Origin: a virus
Taxonomy: Duplodnaviria; Caudoviricetes
IMG/VR virus record: IMGVR_UViG_2061766007_002263
DNA length: 64,000 nucleotides
Direction: 5' to 3' (one strand)
Position numbers and translations under genes: made by a program. Within the stretch, counting starts at the first letter, position 1; the number at the start of each line of letters is the position of its first letter. Below, piece by piece: positions 57,261-64,000 of the stretch. Below the pieces are notes generated by a model. It did no database searches. It had not been told where the DNA came from and saw only the letters and a list, made by a program, of their open reading frames with translations.

Positions 57261-59361
57261 TACGCTTGAAGTTCTCAGCTGCCATTTTCATAGCGTTTTT
57301 TATGTCGATGGTCTCCACTGTTTTCGGCTTATTTACCCTCAATGCCGCATTCAACGCTAAAGTTTCCTGCAGCTTGTTATACCCTTTCTTATTGCGGAGC
57401 TTCTTACCGGTTGCCATTTTGGTATAAGACTCATAGCTCGGATTATTCTCGATAATCTGTGGCACATTGAAATAGTGCTTACGTGTTCCGTTAAACTTGG
57501 ATTCCCAGACGAAATCCGTCATATGCTGTGACTCTATGAATTTCATAAAAATGTCATTCTTGGAATCACGATATCTCTCTTTGATTTCCTTAAGCCTCTT
57601 GAGCCGGGTCTCTTTAAGAAGATTCAAACTGCCGTCATTACGTTTACGGTTTTCCTCAAGCTCCTCGTCTCCTTCGTCACCGGTATCGTCGTCTTCGTCA
57701 TTATGTATAATGTTTTTAGCGAATGACGAGAGCTTAAGCCATTTCTCTATATCCGTCGGGTCAAGGAAAGAGTATTTGGACAACACATCTGTAATTACGT
57801 CTTCCGGAAGAGGCTCGCCTTCCTCTATTCCAAGCACTGTCTGTATAAGTTCGATTATGCCTTGTGAAAGCTCCAGAGAAGATTGCTGCGCGGACCTCTT
57901 TGAGTCCGTTTCCTCTTCCGCCGGGAATCTCATCGAAAGAACAAAAGGCGTATTATAGTCAAACTCGCCCGTTATGGCAAAATGCATACGGATAAGCTCA
58001 CCCAAGCCCTGAAGAAAAGCTGACTGTATGTTGTATATATGCCTTGCAAATACCTTAAGCTGCTCACGCAGCGCAACTCCCGACTCACCCCAAGACTCAT
58101 GGTTAGGGTCTATGTATCCTATAGGTACTCCACACGCCAACGCAACCTGCTTCTGATAATTCTCCAAGTCACCGATATAGTCATAATCTGATTTTGATTC
58201 CTTAACGTCTATGTCAACCAAGCCGTCCGGTATCCAAATCTTGGTATTTACAGTATAAGCCTCCGTACCTTGAGTTGACGGAGTTACACCGAGATTATCA
58301 TACTGCTGGCGTACAGTGTTTACAACGTCGAACGCCGTTCCCGGCAACATACCTTCCGTGTTCTTTACCTTATACATTGTAATAGGAAAAGACATGGCAC
58401 GTGCCAGTCCTTGGAGAGCCTGTGTAGAATGAGCCGCCTTGAAGTGGCTCAATGCATTAAGCAGAGGCGGACGACCATACGGAAAAAACTCGCCGCAGTC
58501 AAGCCTGAAATGCGTTATCGTCCACGGTGGTGCCACCATGCCGCCCTCAAGCTCAAAACCAAAGAGCTTGGTATCAAACATATCAGCCAAATTACTCGCC
58601 GCTTCAAAAGCATCCTGCCCTGAAAGCATATCCACAAGCTCGCCTATCTTTGTGCCACGGCTTCGGTCCGCGCTGTTCCATCCGTCGCGTTCCGCAAGGT
58701 ATTTCGCCATTTGTGCCGGTGAGAACTCAAGCCTCTCCGTAATCTGATTAGGGAACAAAGGTACGATTCTTTCTATCCCATTGGGGCTTGCTTTCTGAGC
58801 CCAGAACGATTCACCGTAAAGCTGCAATTCCAAACATGCCTTATGTATCGTGTTCTGCGTTATTCCCCAGGAGTTCATGAGCTGATATACCCTCTCAATA
58901 AACGTAGCGTTCGGCGACTCCACGGATATAAGACGGTCTTGTACGTCCTGTTGCGTGGCTTCGTCAGCGCATAGCTGGCATGCCTTATAAAGGAAGCAGT
59001 CGTTATAATAGGCATATGTAAGCTCGTTAAGCCTCCGTTGCCTGTCCTGTATGTCACTGTAAGATGTGCTTGTCTCAGTAAGATATGAGTCTAAATATCT
59101 TTCCAAGTCCTTCGAAAACTTCTGGGATTGATACACTGAGCCTATAGCCGCATTACGCACACGATATGCGTCGTTGTTAAGGTCTACACGTACCAGTTTT
59201 ATTCCGTACTTTTTCTCGAAGTCCGTGGCATTCTCGCTGTCAGATTTACCAGTCCGGAAACCAAACAGGCTGTTCAAGCGTTGTATGAATGAAGAGTTTA
59301 ATATAGCGGATTTCGGCTTATCGTTACTATGAAAAGTCATGCCGTTTTTATCTGTAGCCAT
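57214..59361 (-). CDS. portal protein (T4 gp20-like)
   Basis: ADEAT, LYGESFW, ITHFRL...PYGRPPL, IGDLENYQKQVALACGVP. Confidence 0.85.
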   Translation of the reverse strand: MATDKNGMTFHSNDKPKSAILNSSFIQRLNSLFGFRTGKSDSENATDFEKKYGIKLVRVDLNNDAYRVRNAAIGSVYQSQKFSKDLERYLDSYLTETSTSYSDIQDRQRRLNELTYAYYNDCFLYKACQLCADEATQQDVQDRLISVESPNATFIERVYQLMNSWGITQNTIHKACLELQLYGESFWAQKASPNGIERIVPLFPNQITERLEFSPAQMAKYLAERDGWNSADRSRGTKIGELVDMLSGQDAFEAASNLADMFDTKLFGFELEGGMVAPPWTITHFRLDCGEFFPYGRPPLLNALSHFKAAHSTQALQGLARAMSFPITMYKVKNTEGMLPGTAFDVVNTVRQQYDNLGVTPSTQGTEAYTVNTKIWIPDGLVDIDVKESKSDYDYIGDLENYQKQVALACGVPIGYIDPNHESWGESGVALREQLKVFARHIYNIQSAFLQGLGELIRMHFAITGEFDYNTPFVLSMRFPAEEETDSKRSAQQSSLELSQGIIELIQTVLGIEEGEPLPEDVITDVLSKYSFLDPTDIEKWLKLSSFAKNIIHNDEDDDTGDEGDEELEENRKRNDGSLNLLKETRLKRLKEIKERYRDSKNDIFMKFIESQHMTDFVWESKFNGTRKHYFNVPQIIENNPSYESYTKMATGKKLRNKKGYNKLQETLALNAALRVNKPKTVETIDIKNAMKMAAENFKRNEEDHNVISSYGNND

Positions 59362-59477
59362 TTACTAAAATAATTCTCCCGAAAAAAAAATAATATTTCG
59401 TGCTGAATATTTAGTACGCTGCTACAGAATATAACGGCAAACCTATGAAAAAAATATGAATTTCTTGTGAAAAAAAT

Positions 59478-60584
59478 TTACTCCAAATTATCAAAAACTT
59501 GCTCGTCATAGAATCCTTTTTCTATAGCGTTCAAGAAAAATGAAACGTCTTCCTCAGATACCGGGCGATAATTGTGCGCGTCTATTCCTACGTCCAGTCC
59601 GCCTTTTGTCTTGTCACCGTTCTTACCTTTGATAAGGCATCTGGAGTGTATATGTCCGAACAACGCGAACTCGTCTTTTCCCAGTTTATTCCCGGAAATC
59701 GGTTCATGCCTCAAGGTACATTTATAACCCCCGATGTCAATCTTGCATTCATCGTTGTCGTATACAATCACGTCTTTCTTGCCTTTAAGCTCTTTCATTA
59801 TCTCAGGTATCTTATCACGCTCATAATTGCCTTTCACAAAATGCAGTGTCTTAAAGTTAAGACAATCCAAGTATTTGAAGCTTTCCCCGAAATCACCGAG
59901 TATGTACAACTCGTCTTTCATTCTTACGCGCTTGTTCAAGTTAGAGATAATCTCCAAATCCATTTCACGTACAGTCTTGAACGGACGACGTGATAATGTC
60001 AGAGTCCTCTCCTGGCCGAGATGCAAATCAGACGTGAACCATTTCCTGCCACCAGTATCAAGCTCCTTTACGGCTGCGGCAAGCGTATCTTCCAATGTAT
60101 CATACACAGGAACACCCCTGTTCTCGGCATGAATACGAATATATCTATTGGCGTTCTTTGTATCGTCTTTAGGCATGTAGATGAAAATACTCGGACAATC
60201 CATGTAATCAAACAGCTCACAGTTCGTCGTGAATCCCGGATTCTTTTCTGTTCTCGCCGTACAGAACACAATAGCTGACGCTTTATGCATAGCCTCATAT
60301 TCCCATTCAGTTTGATTTTTCAAAAAATCCGGATTCTCAGAATTATAGCAGTCATTTGTAGGCGTAATTATGGTTCCGGTGAAACACAAGTTCTCAAGTA
60401 TCTTGAACGCCTCAGTCCGCCAATCATTATTGGCATAATCCTCTCTCGGACACGGTCCCGCAAGGAATATCGCATTTTTTATGTCACTCAAATCCGTCCA
60501 CGGTGATGTTTTGCTTGACTGAGGTTTTATAATTCTCATAGTTTCCTTTTTCTTTGCTTCACGATAAATTTCTTCGAAGTTCAT
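59478..60584 (-). CDS. nucleoside 2-deoxyribosyltransferase-like domain fused to a calcineurin-like metallophosphoesterase
   Basis: IFLAGP..WR..WE..A..AIVF; SDLHLG, LGDF, GNYE, HEP, GHIH. Confidence 0.8.
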   Translation of the reverse strand: MNFEEIYREAKKKETMRIIKPQSSKTSPWTDLSDIKNAIFLAGPCPREDYANNDWRTEAFKILENLCFTGTIITPTNDCYNSENPDFLKNQTEWEYEAMHKASAIVFCTARTEKNPGFTTNCELFDYMDCPSIFIYMPKDDTKNANRYIRIHAENRGVPVYDTLEDTLAAAVKELDTGGRKWFTSDLHLGQERTLTLSRRPFKTVREMDLEIISNLNKRVRMKDELYILGDFGESFKYLDCLNFKTLHFVKGNYERDKIPEIMKELKGKKDVIVYDNDECKIDIGGYKCTLRHEPISGNKLGKDEFALFGHIHSRCLIKGKNGDKTKGGLDVGIDAHNYRPVSEEDVSFFLNAIEKGFYDEQVFDNLE

Positions 60585-60755
60585 TGTTTCTCCTTTTCAA
60601 TATATAGTTGCATTAAAATTAAATGAACTAAGCATAACGGTACATTTTTGCGCAAATATTCTTTTTCGTGGGCAAACCCTTGTTAAGATACTTAATATCT
60701 TGAAGTATAGCTCAAAAAATCGGTGTGAACTGTAAAAAATAGGGGATAAAGGAAA

Positions 60756-60962
60756 ATGACTAGAGAAATATATGACATTATGCCAATCGCAGAAATACAT
60801 ACACCAAAAGAACAGTGTAATCAGATAGGCAAAAGAATTGCAAAGAAAGCAATACAAAACTTAATTGACAATTGTGACTATTATTGCATTGATTTGAAAT
60901 GTGCTTTAGATGTCTTTAGGAAAGAACTTTCTAAAATGTATAACAAGTATGACGGAGATTAA
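60756..60962 (+). CDS. hypothetical protein
   Basis: RBS; start of a plus-strand operon. Confidence 0.65.
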   Translation: MTREIYDIMPIAEIHTPKEQCNQIGKRIAKKAIQNLIDNCDYYCIDLKCALDVFRKELSKMYNKYDGD

Positions 60963-60989
60963 GGAGATAGGGACAAAGATATAACAGAA

Positions 60990-61289
60990 ATGGCAAAAGA
61001 ACAAAAGAAACAAAAGAGAATAAAAAAACTCTGGAAGAAATTAAATGAAGCAAAATTTAAGCGAGAGCATAAAAAAGTATTTTTTCCACACTTCTTATGG
61101 TGTGCTTTCTGCGTAACTAAGCCAAAGGTTGGATTTGTAAAGTTTGATTTTGACACTTGGAGTGAAGAAAGTTTTGTTCGTAAGGGATTTGCAAAATATG
61201 ATACTGAAACAAAAGACGTATATATCGAAACAGAAAAATATAAATTGATTTGGATTCCTTGTGGATTTAGATTTTTTATGTGGGTTTAA
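60990..61289 (+). CDS. hypothetical protein
   Basis: ORF in operon. Confidence 0.65.
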   Translation: MAKEQKKQKRIKKLWKKLNEAKFKREHKKVFFPHFLWCAFCVTKPKVGFVKFDFDTWSEESFVRKGFAKYDTETKDVYIETEKYKLIWIPCGFRFFMWV

Positions 61290-61302
61290 GGAGTAATGGA
61301 AG

Positions 61303-61605
61303 ATGACATTCAAAGATTGGTATAAAACTTTCGTTGATGAAAATGGTCGTTCGCCTACCATTGAAGAAGCGTATAACGCGGGCACAAAAAGTAACGGCGC
61401 AGTTTGGCATGATTTGAGCAAGAATCCGCAAGATTTGCCAAAAGATGATAGGGACGTTTATGTTGCAACGCTTTCACCTTACGAGGAAAAAGAAAACGCT
61501 TTCGAATATGATTTTGATTCCTGGAACGGAGAAGAATGGTTTATAACAGCGGTAAACGACGTTGTGGCTTGGCGCGAAACACCAATGTTTGAGGAGCAGG
61601 AATGA
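61303..61605 (+). CDS. DUF551-like phage protein
   Basis: WHDL..P.DLP...V...VVAWRE.P. Confidence 0.7.
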   Translation: MTFKDWYKTFVDENGRSPTIEEAYNAGTKSNGAVWHDLSKNPQDLPKDDRDVYVATLSPYEEKENAFEYDFDSWNGEEWFITAVNDVVAWRETPMFEEQE

Positions 61606-61820
61606 TACAAGAAGAACAATTTGTGATTGCGCATATGAATACTCTAGACTTATACAGAGATGATAAGTCTTTAAGATTTACTACGAGAGATGAAGCAAAA
61701 AAATTTCTTAATAAAACCTTAATATCTTGCCTACACTGTTTTTGGTTTATCTGCACGATAAAAGATTACAATCAATCTTGTGCGCGATGGGGAGTGCTTT
61801 ACAAGCAGATTAAAGATTGA
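61602..61820 (+). CDS. hypothetical protein
   Basis: ATGA overlap. Confidence 0.6.
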   Translation: MIQEEQFVIAHMNTLDLYRDDKSLRFTTRDEAKKFLNKTLISCLHCFWFICTIKDYNQSCARWGVLYKQIKD

Positions 61821-61824
61821 GTTT

Positions 61825-62292
61825 ATGACAGAAGAAGAAATACAGAAGATAAAAGAGCATATAGAAATACACGCAAGAAGAGAACCTGGAGCCGTAAAAA
61901 TTACACGAATTTTGTGGAAAGCGGTTGAAGAATTAGAAGCAACAAATGAACTTCAAGAAGAAATTGCGGAGCTGAAAAGCCGTGAGTATTATGTCGGAGA
62001 GATAAACAGAGAAAACATGGAGCTTCATCAGACAATCCATTTAATGGAAAATCGGATTTCAGAACTTGAAGAGAAGATAAATAAAATGAAAAAGTATGCA
62101 AAGCTCCTTCAAGACATTTGTGTTGTATTGGGAAACGATGATTATATGGTCGCGGTTCAACTTGAAGGAGTTGTCAAACACTTATGGGATACAAGCGAAG
62201 AAAAAGAAGGGCTAGAAATGTGTGATGACATTCTTAACAGACTCCTCGAAATTAAAGTGGACGAATGGGCGGAAATCACTAAGTGGGGTTAG
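61825..62292 (+). CDS. coiled-coil hypothetical protein
   Basis: start MTEEE. Confidence 0.7.
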   Translation: MTEEEIQKIKEHIEIHARREPGAVKITRILWKAVEELEATNELQEEIAELKSREYYVGEINRENMELHQTIHLMENRISELEEKINKMKKYAKLLQDICVVLGNDDYMVAVQLEGVVKHLWDTSEEKEGLEMCDDILNRLLEIKVDEWAEITKWG

Positions 62293-62404
62293 CAGAATAA
62301 ACCTCGACCTGATTTCCAGAGAATTAGGGGGGTGCCAATTCTAAAAGTCTTTAGCTTCTAGGTCGTTGAAGTGCCCTCTTAAAATTAAATATTAATAAAA
62401 AATT

Positions 62405-62439
62405 AAGCCCCCAAGAACTTTCGTTCTCAGGGGCTTTTT
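62405..62439. terminator. bidirectional terminator after the capsid gene
   Basis: AAGCCCC...GGGGCTTTTT. Confidence 0.7.
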
Positions 62440-62476
62440 CGGATTACTTAAGAATCAGAAGTTTCACAGACTGTGC

Positions 62477-64000
62477 TTATGCACGTGCTGTTGTGTCCTT
62501 AAGGTGCTCAAGTGTAATTATAGAAAGGTAGCGGCGGTTAAGGATTGCCCAATCACCGTATGTTGCCAAACCAGCTTCCTTGTAGAAGTTTTTACGCTGG
62601 ATTACACCAGTAGAGAAGAAGGGTACAAAGGTACCAAATGCAATGCTTATGTCTGCCTCATTTGAAGGGTTCTTCCATACTGTAAGAATCTCGTTTGTAG
62701 GGATTACTTCATCAGGTACCTTGAATGTTGGAATACCATCCAATTCACCGAACTGGTGTGCGCCCTCAGCCGGCATTGCGCCCTTGTTTGTGAACAAGTT
62801 GTTGAGGCGGAGGTATGTACCAGCAGACGGACCGCATACGAGGCGGCTTACACCACCACGCTTGATGTCGTTGTACATAACGTCACCAACTGTAGCTACT
62901 GCGGAAAGGAATGTCTGCGCGTTGTCGCGGTATCCTTCCTTTGTACCATTTGAGCCTGAAACAACATTTGTCGTGTTGTATGCAGCGTCGAATGAAACCT
63001 GATAAGCGGCTGGGTTTGTCTTAGCAGCCATGTAAGCGATACGGATTGCACGATAGTCAAGTTCCTGCTTGATAGCGGCTGCAGCGTATGTTACAAGGTA
63101 TTCCTCAGCGGATACACCGAAAGATGCGTCCAATGTGAGCTCAGAGAGCTGTGACCATGTTACACCGATTGTTGTTGGGCGTGGTCTGAACTCGTAGTCA
63201 GACATGCGGATTTCAACCTCACCAAGATAGTCGCCTACGAAATCCTCTTCTGAATCGAAACGAGCATATGCTTTGGCGAGAACTTCATTATTGTAAATCT
63301 TTGCCCAAGCTGTAGCGTCCGTTCCCTTACTGATAGTGATTTTATATCCTGCGTCTGTTTTTTCAGAGCTAACTTTAACGTCATAATCGCCGGCTACAAA
63401 CCAAGCCTTTGTTCTCTTGTCCTGAACGGCGATAACGTCTTTTTCAGTTGCGCCGTAAACAACGCCGTAACCGTCAATTACTTTCTCACCTTTTGGACCC
63501 CATTTCTTGGTCTCTGGCTTACCGTTATCTGGCTTGAAATCAAAAACAACCTTTTCTGGTGTTGCATTATCACCTTCACCAGCAGCCGCAAAATGCTCTC
63601 CGGCAATTGTAGCGAGCTCCTGGTTGATGCGGTCAGCAGTTGTCTCATAGATAGCGCGGCGAGCCTCAGCGTTGTTGATGTCGTTGAACTCGTCAGCGTC
63701 CTCATAGATACGTTTGTAATCGTCAACACGGTCAGTAAGAGCATTGCCGTTCTGTGTGTTGCTGTAAACAGGCTTAATGTACTTGATGCTGTCACGTGCT
63801 GTTTCCATAGCAAATTCTGTAAAGATTTTGCTGCGTACTACAGCCGGCATTGCAAGACGTACAAGACGGAGCATGTTCTCAGGTGTGAAACCAGAGAAAG
63901 AAGTAGAAACCTGAGTTTCTGTCAAGCGGCTCATGTGTGCTGCCTGGTTGTCAAGGAAGCAAGCGAGGTTGCGCTGTGTTGCTTCATCCAAAGATGTCAT
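62477..64000 (-). CDS. major capsid protein (T4 gp23-like); N-terminus probably beyond the window
   Basis: LDNQ, LVRLAMP, IKQELDYRAI, GELDGIPTF, FVPF; head-module context. Confidence 0.88.
   Translation of the reverse strand: MTSLDEATQRNLACFLDNQAAHMSRLTETQVSTSFSGFTPENMLRLVRLAMPAVVRSKIFTEFAMETARDSIKYIKPVYSNTQNGNALTDRVDDYKRIYEDADEFNDINNAEARRAIYETTADRINQELATIAGEHFAAAGEGDNATPEKVVFDFKPDNGKPETKKWGPKGEKVIDGYGVVYGATEKDVIAVQDKRTKAWFVAGDYDVKVSSEKTDAGYKITISKGTDATAWAKIYNNEVLAKAYARFDSEEDFVGDYLGEVEIRMSDYEFRPRPTTIGVTWSQLSELTLDASFGVSAEEYLVTYAAAAIKQELDYRAIRIAYMAAKTNPAAYQVSFDAAYNTTNVVSGSNGTKEGYRDNAQTFLSAVATVGDVMYNDIKRGGVSRLVCGPSAGTYLRLNNLFTNKGAMPAEGAHQFGELDGIPTFKVPDEVIPTNEILTVWKNPSNEADISIAFGTFVPFFSTGVIQRKNFYKEAGLATYGDWAILNRRYLSIITLEHLKDTTARA

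Larger units (their letters stand above)
21266..59415. promoter_or_regulatory. putative late-promoter motif ACTAA(T/A)TA (dispersed)
   Basis: minus strand: 21266-73, 48027-34, 51723-30, 55173-80, 59408-15, variant 54243-50; plus strand: 21906, 21972, 41029. Upstream of head genes and both tnpB genes. Confidence 0.55.

Noticed and set aside
62303-62368. Nested hairpins between convergent genes, possibly a tRNA or IS-end remnant
   Set aside because: No cloverleaf or T-loop motif; similarity to the IS-end loops is too weak.
1-64000. Stop-codon reassignment
   Set aside because: Large genes are intact in the standard code, and TAA, TAG and TGA all end genes at sensible positions.

Overview
A 64-kb segment of a large T4-like (probably jumbo) myovirus. 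The SSB and ComM homologues suggest a Treponema-like spirochaete host, which is an inference. The left ~45 kb is an array of about 95 small, mostly unknown genes, nearly all on the minus strand. They are organised as stand-alone units: terminator, a fixed-geometry element GGATA-N15-TATAA(T), an RBS, then one to three genes. I counted about 70 copies of this element by eye. It often sits inside a co-varying hairpin, supplies the Gly-stop (GGA-TAR) of at least 8 upstream genes, and marks apparent duplication and truncation junctions. This suggests a promoter-based gene-cassette shuffling system. Embedded in the array are a C5 DNA methyltransferase, an SSB, two ComM/YifB-like ATPases (one degenerate), a SAM-lyase-like protein, two tnpB-only IS200/IS605 elements with Gln at the RuvC-II Glu position, and two candidate non-coding RNAs. 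The right ~19 kb is a head module: major capsid protein, portal, prohead protease-scaffold fusion and putative internal proteins. It also holds ribosomal protein bS21, a Tad2-like protein, a homing-endonuclease-like gene and an NDT-phosphoesterase fusion, and uses a second motif, ACTAA(T/A)TA, as a putative late promoter. All functional calls come from motif recognition by eye; no searches were run.
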